64,000 nucleotides of DNA from assembly GCF_009914755.1 (NCBI RefSeq), contig NC_060932.1. The stretch is one strand, 5' to 3'. Below are positions 45,455-59,084 of the stretch, in pieces. Origin of the DNA: the human T2T-CHM13v2.0 reference genome, Homo sapiens. The position numbers and the translations under genes were made by a program. The notes beneath the pieces are model-generated. The model searched no databases. It was not told where the DNA came from and was given only the letters and a program-made list of their open reading frames with translations. Within the stretch, counting starts at the first letter, position 1, and every line of letters begins with the position of its first letter.

Positions 45455-46730
45455 CCAGTCTTCCCTCTTGTTCCTTAACTGGTAATTTTGGTGCGCTCAG
45501 CCCTTGGTCCATTCTCTTCTCTGTGTACTGTCTCTTCCTTGGATCACATCCAGTCTCATAGTTTTAGGTACCATCTATATGCTGGCCAGTCCCAAATTTG
45601 TATTGCCAGCCTAGACTACTCTCCCGATTTCAAGATTCATACATCCGACAGCTCAACATTGCCCCCTGAATGTCTAATAAACATTCCAAAGTCAAATTTC
45701 TAAAATCAGACTCATGATCTCATGATTTTCCTCCCAAACATGTTCCACTTATAGTCTTCCCTGTCTCATTTGATGGCAACACTATCCTTCCAGTTGTTCA
45801 GGCCAAAGCTCTGGAATTATCTTTGACTTTTTCTTTCCCGCCCTGTATCAAATCCATTCGATATTCTCTTGGATCTAGCTTTAAAATATTTCCAGAATCC
45901 AAAAGATTCTCACCACTTTTCACTGCTACAAAGCCACCAACCTCTCTTACTTAAGGTTTACAGCACTAGGTCTTCTCATTTCTTTTTACATATATTTATT
46001 ATACTTTAAGTTCTAGGGTACATGTGCACAATGTGCAGCTTTGTTACATGTGTATACCATGGTATCTCCACACTCTATTTTTCACATGGAAGCCAGACTG
46101 AGCCTTTTAAATCATCAGTTAAATCATGGCACTTCTCAACCCAAAACCATATAATGATTCTTCATTCACTTGCAGTAAATCCAAAGTCCTTACAAGGTCC
46201 CACAAGACTCTACAACTACTGGCCCCTCCATTACTTCCCCGACTTCATCTCCACTTTCACCTCCCCAACGCTGCTCAGCCACACTGGCCTCCTTGTTGTG
46301 AGAACACACCGGGGCACTCTACTTGCCTTAAGGCCTGAGTTCTAAGCTGTTCTCTCTGACTGGAAAGCTCTTCTCCCAAATATCCTTTGGCAACATCCTC
46401 ACCTGTTTCGAAATTTGTTAATAATTGTATCTGTTCAATGACTACTAATTCAATACTACATCCTTCTAAGCTCTTTCCCCACAATTTTCCAGCCCTCCTA
46501 ATCCCCCTTACACTTTTAAAAATTTTTTGTATATCACTTATCACCTTCTAACATAAAATATAAATCACTCATGTATTATGTTTATTGCTTTTTGTCTTTA
46601 TCCCCTTGCTAGCATGGGATACCCAGAAAGATAAGGATCTTTGTATGGGGCTCTGATATGCTCTGGACACATAGAACAGAGCCAGGAACATAGTAGGATG
46701 GTAGGTGCTGATTATTTCTTGAATGAATTC
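45455..46730 (+). mobile_element. L2a 3' portion
   Basis: ttaggtaccatctatatgctg..cccaaatttgtatt..ccagccta..; ends acatagtagg..gtgct..gaatgaat. Confidence 0.8.
45980..46062 (-). mobile_element. Tiny L1PA 3'-end insertion inside L2
   Basis: ttattatactttaagttctagggtacatgtgcacaatgtgcag..ttgttacat. Confidence 0.8.
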
Positions 46731-46933
46731 ATACAGGCTCATAATTCAATTGAAGGAAGATATTCCTGGGAGAACCAAAGTAACAAAATATAGTAATAAA
46801 ATTGAGAAATTCTGGTTCCTGCCCTTTATCAAGTGAGTTTCCTGGATATCATTAACAAAAATAAGAAACATCAGTTCTACAGAACTTGTTTAATAAAAAT
46901 ACATTAAGCACAAATTTTCTGAGAAGTTTACTT

Positions 46934-46973
46934 GTTTTGTTTTGTTTGTTTTGTTTTTGTTATTGTCTTAAGT

Positions 46974-47012
<39 letters not shown>

Positions 47013-47624
47013 CTTTAAGTTCTGGGATACATGTGCAGAATGTACAGATTTGTTGCACAGGTATACACATGCCATGGTGGTTTGCTGTACCCATCAACCC
47101 GTCATCTACATTAGGTATTTGTCCTAATGCTATCCCACCCCTAGCCTCCCACCCTCCGACAGTCCCCACTGTGTGATGTTCCTCTCCCTGTGTCCATGTG
47201 TTTTCATTGTTCAACTCTCACTTATGAGTGGGAACATGCAGTGTTTGGTTTTCTGTTCCTGTGTTTGCTTGCCGAGAATGATGGAGAAATAGGAACGCTT
47301 TCACACTGTTGGTGGGAGTGTAAATTAGTTCAACCATTGTGCAAGACAGTGTGGCGATTCCTCAAGGATCTAGAATCAGAAATACCATTCGACCCAGCAA
47401 TCCCATTACTGGGGATATAACCAAAGGATTATAAATCATTCTACTACAAAGACACACGCACACGTATGTTTATTGCAGCACTTTTCACAATAGCAAAGAC
47501 TTGAAACCAACTCAAATGTCCATCAATGATAGAATGAATAAAGAAAATGTGACACATATACACCATGGAATACTTTGCAGACATAAAAAGATGAGTTCAT
47601 ATCCTTTGCAGGGACATGGATGAA
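46934..47624 (-). mobile_element. L1PA7/8 insertion with 5' inversion (twin priming) and internal (TA)n
   Basis: Minus segment ~47013-47284 joined to plus segment ~47282-47624; TSD gagaagtttactt at 46921-46933 and 47625-47637. Confidence 0.9.
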
Positions 47625-48521
47625 GAGAAGTTTACTTCTAATACTCTGAGAACATGCTTTTCAACATAGAAACATCAGCTGTTTTTCAACGAAGTATGAG
47701 CCCCTAAGTTTCTAACTGGCAATGTCCTTCTCCATCTGCAGTTTGAAGTATTTGATTGGTATCAACTAAAGCAAAGCAACATTGGAACAGGCACTAGTGC
47801 ATCATGATGAAGAAATGTCAGTTAAGAGTGGTGTTATAAGGAAATATTCAGCTGAGACAGCCTTGAGCACGGTTGAGACATAGGGGAGATCCTCGGCACA
47901 AGAGAACACAGAAGGCAGTGTTTTCAAGCATTCAGTCTTGAATATTGCTTCAAGACTTTTTGCGTCAGGAAAAGAGGTGCTTCAGACTAGTCTTTTTAAA
48001 AACTTTTCAACCTCAAAAAGAGAAGTAAAGTTTGTTACTGAAGAACTATTAACATGGATGTTTACATAAACATAAGCACATTTAAACAAGAATGAATAGA
48101 TCAAAATCACTTTGCAAGAAGCTAAATTTACAAAGAACACATACTCTATACACTCAAGCTTTGCTTTTTTGTTTATTTGATCTACTTTCTGTATTTGGCA
48201 GAAGAAACAGGAGGCTGGAGGCTGGGACAGATTTTATTAGATGGAAGGAGCAGAGGTCAGGAAATTATACTCCTCAGTTCACAGAGAATATTGACATCTT
48301 TAATCCTATTTTTTTTACACCATTCCTCCTTCTCAATTCCTGTTTTCCTCCCCCACTCCCATAGTCAACCATTTTCATATATTCAACATATATCATTTTC
48401 TTGATATGTTCTTATAAAATATATGGGCTTGGTTGGTTTTCATGTATTTTATTTTGTACAAATAGGGTTGTGTTATATATTTCAATTTGTTTCTTTTTTC
48501 TCAGAATTTTATTTTCAAATA

Positions 48522-48853
48522 TGCTACGGTCTGAATGTTTGCATCCTCCCAAAATTAATACAATGTAACTAATCCCCGTGTGACAGTATTGAGGGATGTG
48601 GCTTTGGAGAAGTGATTAGATGAGATAAGTGTCATGATAAAAAAGACCCCAGAAACTAATTAGCCATCTCCACCGTGGGAGGATGCAGTGAAAAGGCACC
48701 ATTTATGATGAGTAGGCTCTCAGCAGACACTGCATTTGCTGGCACCTTTTATTGGATCCCCTAGCCTCCAGAACGGGAAGAAATAAATTTCTGTTCTATA
48801 TTAGCCATCCTATTTATAGCGTTTTGTTATAGAAGCCCAAAAGGACTAAGACC
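48522..48853 (+). mobile_element. MLT1A0-like solo LTR within L1ME remnants
   Basis: tgctacggtctgaatgtttg..gcctccagaac..aaataaatttctgtt..ggactaagac; 5-bp TSD aaata. Confidence 0.85.
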
Positions 48854-49051
48854 AAATATCTACCCATATTTCCATGTATATATCTAGTCCACTCCTGCTA
48901 ACTGCTGCATAATACTCCAAGATGGACACATGCTTTACTGTTCATCCCTCTGTAATAGACACCCATTTTGTCTCCAACTATCTGTAGTTAAACACTGCAG
49001 TGAACGTACTCATACTTGTACCCCTGTGGAGCTCTGGAGCTATGTGACTTT

Positions 49052-49054
<3 letters not shown>

Positions 49055-49103
<49 letters not shown>

Positions 49104-50711
49104 TATATACACATATATATACACACACACATATATACACACATATATATACACATATATACACATATATATACACATATATATACACATATATATGTAC
49201 ACATATATACACACATGTATATACGTATATGTGTACATATATACACACACATATATGTATGTGTATATATACACATATATGTATATATATATACACACAC
49301 AGACATATGTATATATGTGTATATATACACACATAGATATATGTATATATGTGTATATACACACACATATATGTGTATATACACACACATATATGTGTAT
49401 ATACACACATGTATATATGTGTATATACACACATATGTATATATGTGTATATACACACATATGTATATATGTGTATATACACACATATGTATATATGTGT
49501 ATATACACACACGTATATATGTGTATATACACATATATGTATATATGTGTATATACACACACATGTGTATATACACACACATGTGTATATACACACACGT
49601 ATATATGTGTATATACACACGTATACATGTGCATATAGACACACACGTATACATGTGCATATAGACACACACGTATACATGTGCATATAGACACACACGT
49701 ATACATGTGCATATAGACACACATACATGTGCATATACACACACATATATGTGCATATATACACACATATAGGTATATACGTGCATATATACACACATAT
49801 ATACGTATATACGTGCATATATACACACACATATACGTATATACGTGCATATATACACACATATACGTATATACGTGCATATATACACACACATATATAC
49901 GTATATACGTGCATATATACACACATATATACGTATATACGTGCATATATACACACACATACGTATATACGTGCATATATACACACACATATACGTATAT
50001 ACGTGCATATATACACACACACATACGTATATACGTGCATATATACACACACACATACGTATATACGTGCATATACACACACATATGTATATACGTGCAT
50101 ATACACACACATATGTATATACGTGCATATACACACACATATATGTATATACGTGCATATACACACACACATGTATATACGTGCATATACACACACATAT
50201 GTATATACGTGCATATACACACACATATGTATATACGTGCATATACACACACACATATGTATATACGTGCATATACACACACATATGTATATACGTGCAT
50301 ATACACACACATATGTATATACGTGCATATACACACACATATGTATATATGTGCATATATACACACATATGTATATATGTGCATATATACACACACGTAT
50401 ATATGTGCATATATACACACACGTATATATGTGCATATATACACACACGTATATATGTGCATATATACACACACGTATATATGTGCATATATACACACAC
50501 GTATATATGTGCATATATACACACACGTATATATGTGCATATACACACACATGTATATATGTGCATATACACACACATATGCATATATATGTGCATATAC
50601 ACACACATATGCGTATATATGTGCATATACACACATATACGTATATATATGCATATATACACACACATATACGTATATATGTGCATATATACACACACAT
50701 ATATATGTATA
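49055..50711. repeat. Complex alternating purine-pyrimidine (TA/CA/TG/CG) tandem repeat with evolving 12-34 bp units
   Basis: ~1.65 kb of near-strict RY alternation, read directly. Confidence 0.97.
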
Positions 50712-52144
50712 GTCTGACTTTTAATTATGTGTTTATGATTTATACATTGGATTATTTGCTTCCCCTTTTGTTGAATTATTTACCTTTCTTTGATGGGAAC
50801 AAAACTATTAAGGCATTTCCCTAAAGGCTCTTCTTATACCTTTTTAAGACACAAGTTTTCAACATTATAACTTTGCTAGAAACATACTAACTTAGCCATC
50901 AACATCACCTCACTGTGGATGGCAGCAAAGATGGATGAGGGAATCTGGTCTGTAAAGGAATGTATCCAATGCTTTAGGCTGGGCTGCAAACCACAAGCTT
51001 GAGAACTTCATGGCCACCTAAGCCAAGCAAATATCCTCATCCTTCAAATATATATATGTATATATATTCAATATACTCCTACACCAAACAAGAACAAGAT
51101 GAAATAGGTCTATTTAAGAACTTTCTGAATACTCTTCTTATATTAGAATGTGATTATGTATAGCAAAAAAACACTCTGAAATATATGCTCAGTCTCTAAA
51201 ATCAGAAAAAAAAAATCAGAGGGGAAAACATGTTGTATATACTTCAATCAGGGCAGTTCCTTTAATACCAGTATCCAGGTCAATCCCATAAGAACAATGA
51301 CAAGCCCCATATGAGACCTTGGCTAGGGTCCCCCTCCTGCCCTGGAATGTCCTTGGTAGTCTCCTCACCATTGCATCCACTCATCCAAATCTGACATTCA
51401 GGACCTAACCCATCTCCATGGAAAATTATTTCATTCTGCAGATTGCCATCCTTCAGCCATTTACATAGGTCTATTAACGGTTTTTAGTTTTATTTCCTTT
51501 CGTTATATTTAGCTTATGATCTTTTTTTTTTTTTGCTTTTATGAGATACATGGCCCTGAAAGACCATATATATCTTATAAATATGTCCAAATAGATATAT
51601 GGCCTACCATCAGTAATCCTTAAAAGCTTGTCCTTTATATTAAAGTACTAATGGACAGTTAGCGAAAGTATTAGGGTATACATGTTATAGCCCAATAGAA
51701 GTGTATAAATGTTAAAGTTTGTTCCTAGGGTCACTAATTTTGCCAGCTATAATTTTCATTAGTCTAGACCTGTTGACATTGGCAGTGAATTTGACAATCT
51801 GAATTTCTTTGTGCACATTATGGAACACATTAATTCCCTAATATCATCAGCTTCATAAAGTGGTACAATACGTTGTCTGCCCAACTATTAAGAAGTTCTC
51901 TCTACCCTCAATAAGCTTGCATCTAGAAAGAATAATGCAATATAGATATTCCTCAGAAATATATTGAATAATTTATTCCATATATGCGTGTATCCGGGAA
52001 AAAAATAACAGAAAATGTTACATGCCACAGGAATGCTATATTTAGAGAATTTTTTCAGAAAAAATATTTTGATTATCCTAATATATTTAATAAGAAAGCA
52101 TGCAATGATAATTCAAGGCATATTTGTATTTTTAAAACCTGAAT

Positions 52145-52355
52145 ATTACTGTGTGCCAAGTGATACTTGAAGAAATTAAAAACAACTTAATCCTCAGAAT
52201 AATCCCATGACATAGGTAAATCTTCCCGTTTTGTGTTTGAGAAAGCTGAGATATAACCCCCTCAAAGTCTCAAAACTAGTTAGTAGCTGAGCAAGGATAG
52301 AAACCCAGACAGTCTGGCTCCAAAGTCTATGCTTTCAGCAACTATGCAATGTTGT
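52145..52355 (-). mobile_element. MIR
   Basis: tactgtgtgccaag..taatcctca..gaaacccagacagtctggctccaaagtctatgct. Confidence 0.75.
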
Positions 52356-52390
52356 CAGTCTATCTGAGACTTTATTTTTAAAATAAAAAA

Positions 52391-52690
52391 TGGGAGGCTG
52401 AGGCAGGAGGATCATTTGAGGCCTGGAGTTCGAGACCAGCCTGGGCAACATAGCGGGATCCCTGTCTACAAAAGTTACAAAAATTGTTAGGATGTAGTGG
52501 CACTCACCTGTAGTCTCCCAGCTACCTGGGAGGCAGAAATGGGAGGATTGCTTAAGTCCAGGAGTTCAAGATTATAGTGAGCTATGACTGTGCCAGGATT
52601 TCAAGGTTACAGTGAGCTATGACTGTGCACTCCAGCCTGGGTGACACGGCAAGACCCTGTCTCTAAATAAATAAATAAACAAAAATAAAA
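52391..52690 (+). mobile_element. AluJ with an internal 35-bp tandem duplication
   Basis: ccagga.ttcaag.tta.agtgagctatgactgtg at 52558-52592 and 52593-52627. Confidence 0.88.
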
Positions 52691-53444
52691 TATGCAATGT
52701 AACCCAATGTTTAATACAGCCTTTTCACAAAATGTAATAAATGCACGTTTCTGACTATGCTGTGGGGATTTTTTAAGTTTTGAGACTCACATAGAAAATT
52801 GTACTGAGTTTTCTACAAGTGAAAAGTGGTTTTGAGGATTTAACAGCCCAGCCCTCTTAAAGTGCAAGAATTCTCTTAATTTCCCTCAACATGAGAGAAT
52901 TCATGCATTAAAGGTAAACCAATTTCAGCTTGCATGATTAGGCAAATGCTACCAAAAATTCCTCTGAGCCTTGTTTTTTTCCTCTTATACTTCCAGTTTA
53001 TACACTGAGCATCTGCAAAATAATTTTACCCAAGAAGATACATTTCACCTGATGATACCAAACTGAGATATTCTAAGAGAGGTTAATGCTTTAAAACCAG
53101 AGGAGGAGCAATACATTTAATCCCAAATAGAGCAGAAAATAATTATTTAAAGCCATCCCTATCAAACTAGCAAAACCATTATGTTACCTAATTAATCATA
53201 TCTTCGCATTTGCACACACTATGTGAAATAGTCAGAAACCATTTACTGTTTCCATCCATATTCCTTTTTGCTTTCAACAATTTATTTTTTCGTTTCTGAA
53301 ATACAAGTCAAAATACATTTTTGTTACATAACATGCCCTAAAATAATTTTAAAAAAACAGCCCGTGTATCCACGTATTTTTTTGATGAGCTCTTTCCTCC
53401 ATTCACACTCTTCGTCTATGCTCTTTGGCTAGAAAATACTATTT

Positions 53445-53862
53445 GTTATACCCAGCAGTCACCTCCACCCCATCCCAATCTTCCTTGTTAACAGATCTCC
53501 AATTTTGTTGAGATGCCAACATGCTCAGGGAAGGGGCCCACCTCCAAGGAATTATTCGTGATTGTTCTCAACCTGTCACAAGCCTGCCCTCCCCTTCCGT
53601 GGACCGTTGTTGAAGCATACTTTGGTAGGAGGCTTGGTATCTCATTCTGGGCAGTGACATGTAATGAGAAATCTGCTAGGACCTTCCAGGACAGAATTTC
53701 TTCCCTGGTAGAAAAGAAAAATACAGAAACCTGATACCACTGAGCATCAAATCAGTTCTGAAACTGCCTGTCTCTGAACTTATATGAAATTGTAAGCCTT
53801 TATTACCAAAGTTGCATTTAGTATGCTATTATATTACTTGTAGCCAAAAGGATCCTAATTTA
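53445..53862 (+). mobile_element. Old MLT1I/J/K-like LTR
   Basis: cttccttgttaacaga..caattttgtt..ttctgggcagtga..tattacttgtagccaaaaggatcctaa. Confidence 0.55.
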
Positions 53863-55699
53863 TATCTGATTTGGCTTGTTCTCCAATCCCTAAGGCCATT
53901 ATCATAAGTATGTCCATGCTACTACATCCTAACAGCTACATTAGCAGAATTTCTCCTCATAGATACCTGATTCTCTTTGCTTTCTTTTACATGCAAACTG
54001 CATTTATTTGTGTGAAATATAATAATTAGAAGATAAAATAAATGTTGGAAAATTTTTGATGTCCAAAATGTGATGATGACCACTATCGTCAATTAAGATT
54101 GATTAAACTGTTCCTGATAACAAGAAATCTAGCAAATACCCTGATTATGCACATTGAAGCTGTGGAAGAATTCAGAAATAAGATCATATTTTTTGTCAAG
54201 CACTTGCACGAATCCCTGTGAGCACACAATTTTCCTTGCCTGAATTCTGAAGCATACTTACCACCTGCAGATACTGAGAAAACTGACAAATAGTTTCTGA
54301 CAAATAGGCAACTATTCTATAGCAAAATGACACTGGGAAACATCCACTGTGCCAAGTAGCATTTTATATTGAAGAAAATACACTAAATTTTCACATTGTA
54401 GGTCAAGTTTATATACTTCATGATATCACTTTTGGGGAAAAGCTTTCCTCTTCCCTCTTTTATAATACCCTTGTAACAACCTCAATCAGAAAACCATGGG
54501 AAAACTAAACCATATGCAGTGACAATCTTAAATTAGAAAATTGTTCCCTAGCTAGACCTCTTACTGGGTTTGCTATGACTACGCACTTCAATTTGAAGAG
54601 ACAGCAATGGTCAAAGAAGACGGGCAGGATGCTATAATGAGCCCACGTTTCAGAAACAAAATGTCAGGAAGGAGAATACGAGGTCATTCAAACATGAAAT
54701 AAGTATAGTTAGAATGTATATCAGAAAGGAAATGATGCATAACAGAATAGCAGGATAACATAGTTTGGATTCCAAAGAGATGAAAATGTTGGCTAAAATC
54801 CATAAAGCATAATTTATAAAATAAACAATATCTGAAGAAAGATGGGTTGCTAAAGGAGAAAACCACTTTGCAGTCAAAACACTCTTATTGGACGGCAGTA
54901 ACCAGGCAGGGGTGAGCAGAGATTCAAAAGAGAATTTGACTGGGGCAAACACTTCACTGGACTCAATCCCCACTCTATCACTTTGGTATACAACTTCAGA
55001 AATTTAAAATACAGTACTCCAACAGAGACTTAATAAGAACTGAAATACTAAGATTGAGCCCTCAGGCTTAGACAACATTTATGTTACTGTCGCGGTAAGC
55101 CCCTCTCATAGATCCAGAAACATTAAACATTCATTAAAATCTTTCTATCAATTGCCTACATCTTCAAAGGGGATTTCATTTTTATTTTGAACAGATGGCG
55201 AGCCCATTGCAGGGCGTTCTTTATGACCAGAGCATAAACACTGTCTGATTAAATCGTTCACAAACCAATTAAAAACAGCATTTGCTTTAGTAAGTCATAT
55301 CTGCAATGAGAGAGGGAACATGAGCAAACCTAGTCAATTAACTATCCGATCCCCTGAGGAAAATTTGACATAGGACGTGGGTTAATAGAAGAAATCAGGT
55401 ACCTCCATGTAGCTATTTATAGCCATATAAGCTCTCAGTTAAAAGTGCAATTGGCCAGAAATGTTGGAAGTCCTTTCTCATACATGTATTGGAATTTTCC
55501 AATGATAAAGTCTTCAACACACATACACATACAAAGAAAACCCACTAATTTAGAAAATTTGATCCTATTACAGAAAGAAAAAATGATAAGTCAGTGTAGA
55601 TATTACTCTCGCACAAGGCTAAGTTCCACTTAACTTGTAGCCAAAATATTGAAAACTTTCTCTCTAGTAAACAATAAAACACATGACTACCTTACATTA

Positions 55700-56848
<1,149 letters not shown>

Positions 56849-56934
56849 TTATTCTTCATAACAACTTATTAGATAGGTACTATTATACCATTTTACAGAT
56901 CAAAAAACTGTGCCTTCAGAAAAATAAATATTTT

Positions 56935-57885
56935 TGTCAGTGGGATGGTTCAGGTTCTTGACTTCGGCACACAAAAGAATTTGAGAATGAGTTTAAAGCA
57001 AGGGTAGGCAAAGAAGTTTATTGCAAAGTGAAAGTACACTCTTGAGAGGCACAGGGAGCTGCTCAGAGGGAGAGACAGCAGCTAGTGCCTTCAGGGGAAT
57101 TCCCTTTATAGGAGCTGTTCATTCACATTCATAAAATACCAATGAGGTCAAGTATGCAAAAGAAGACCTGTAGTTGGTGCATGTACTCAGCGCCTACATG
57201 CTCTCACATGCATTGCATGTATCATTAGCATACAAAATCTCCACCGAGGGGTGTGCATTTTTACTATTAAAATGAGGAAAAGGTCATATAAGCTAAACCT
57301 TGAGCCTAGCTGCACATGTGGGACCCTGGAGAAGTTCTGAGCCTCTCTCTGCAAGGCAAGAATTTGTAGCTAATAGCTTCCTGGGCTTTTGGTGCTGATT
57401 GGCTGGAGAATGAGAAAGCTATATCAAGAATAAGGACTTGGATGGGCATGGTGGCTCATGCTGCAATCCTAGCAGTTGGGGAGGCCAAGGCAGGAGAATT
57501 GCTTAAGCCCAGCAGTTTGAGACTAGCCTGGGCAACATGGCAAAAAATACAAAAATTAGCCAGGCATGGTGGTGCATGCTTGTAGTGCATGCTACTCAGG
57601 AGGCTGAGGCCAGAGGATAGCTTGAACTTGGTAGATAGAGGCTGCAGTGAGCTATGATCACACGACTGCACTCCAGCCTGGGCCACACAGTGGGACCCTG
57701 TCTCAAAAACAAACCAACCAACCAACAAACAAAACAACAACAAAAAGAAGAAGGGACTTTTGTTCTCTTTCCCGAGCCATGCTGGGTATTAGGAACTTGG
57801 AACCATCTGGCAATCCACTGGTCCACAGGGCTTCACAAAAGGGGACAAGTCATTATGGCCTCCTAGCCTTACTTATTCTGCCTCA
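56935..57885 (-). mobile_element. ERV1 MER4-group solo LTR (subfamily uncertain)
   Basis: tgtcag..caggttcttgact..aaagaattt..aagtttattg..tcattagcat..aaatctccacc..ttattctgcctca. Confidence 0.7.
57440..57746 (+). mobile_element. AluJ nested in the LTR
   Basis: gaggctgcagtgagctatgatc; flanks aagaataaggactt / aagaagggactt. Confidence 0.88.
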
Positions 57886-58110
57886 ATGTTCTCACTCATA
57901 TGTGAGAGCTAAAAAGTAACTGAACTCAGAGAAGACAATTGTTATTATTAGAGGTTGGGAAGAGGGGAGGGGCAAACAGGGAGAAGTTGGTTAATGGATC
58001 AAAAAGCACAGCGAGATAGGAGGAATAAGTTCTAGTGTTCTGTAACATTGTTGGATGAATATGGTTACCAATTAACTGTATAATTTCAAAAAGCTAGAAG
58101 AGAGGATTTT

Positions 58111-58303
58111 ATTCTGCTTTTTCATTTTGTTTTGCTTTTTATTTCTTCGAAAAAAATAAATGGGATACATGTGCAGAACGTGCAGGTTAGTTACATAGGT
58201 ACACGTGTGCCATGGTGGTTTGCTGCACCTATTGACCCATCCTCTCAGTTCCCTTCCCTCACCCCCCACCTCCCAACAGGCCCTGGTGTGTGCTGTTCCC
58301 CTC
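58111..58303 (-). mobile_element. L1PA8-like 3' end nested in L1MA
   Basis: gggatacatgtgcagaacgtgcagg..gcacctattgaccc; TSD gaagagaggatttt at 58097-58110 and 58304-58317. Confidence 0.88.
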
Positions 58304-59084
58304 GAAGAGAGGATTTTGAATGTTTACAACAAAAACAAATTATACATGTGGAGATGAATATGCTAATTACCCTGATTTGATCATTACACATCATATACAT
58401 ATATCAAAATATCACTCTATTTCCCATAAATATGTACAGTTATTACATGCCAACTGAAAATTTTTTTTTTAATTTAAACTGTGCCTTCATGAAGTTAAAC
58501 AACTTTCTCAATATCACATAGCTAAATACATGGAAGAGCAAAAACTTGGCATTGTACCCATAAGTTTTGATACCGGAAGATGTGCTTGAAACTACTACCT
58601 GCTATTTCCTCTGTAAGACAGAACAGTTTTTCTAAACTCTTTTAGAGAAAACAAAATTAAAAGCTAAAACTTCCAATCTAGCAGTTGCTAGAACTAATTA
58701 TTTTCAGGCATTGCATATAAACAATTGAAGTACTCATCACAAATCATTCTCATTTCTTCATTAAAGCAAAATGAGGACATCTGTGTAGTCCAAATTACTA
58801 AACGTACTTAAATAAAATGACTTTATAAATATTCTATAAGTCAGATTAGTTAAAAGGATAGATTTTAAATATTCATATTTTAGGCTTTTCATGCCATACT
58901 ACAAAATACGAACTGGAAATAATACAAATGTTATATTAAAATGTAAATGAAAATCTAATATATCTGGAATTCATCATCAAAAGGGCATGTATTATTGGTA
59001 ACCTAACTGTGCCTGATCTTAGGTGGCTGACTAAGCATCACAAACATGGAATAGTACTAAGTACCAAAAAAGTCACTGTTTCGG

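Larger units (their letters stand above)
56919..58475 (+). mobile_element. L1MA 3' end (carries nested LTR, Alu and L1PA8)
   Basis: atgttctcactcatatgtgagagctaaaaa..aggaataagttctagtgttctgta..cccataaatatgtaca; 14-bp TSD. Confidence 0.8.

Noticed and set aside
49055-50711. CRISPR-like regular 26-34 bp periodicity
   Set aside because: Units are head-to-tail low-complexity repeats with no unique spacers and no cas genes, in primate DNA
48930-50824. Very long ORFs (up to 572 aa) on both strands
   Set aside because: Strict purine-pyrimidine alternation cannot form the YRR stop codons TAA/TAG/TGA, so open frames are a compositional artefact
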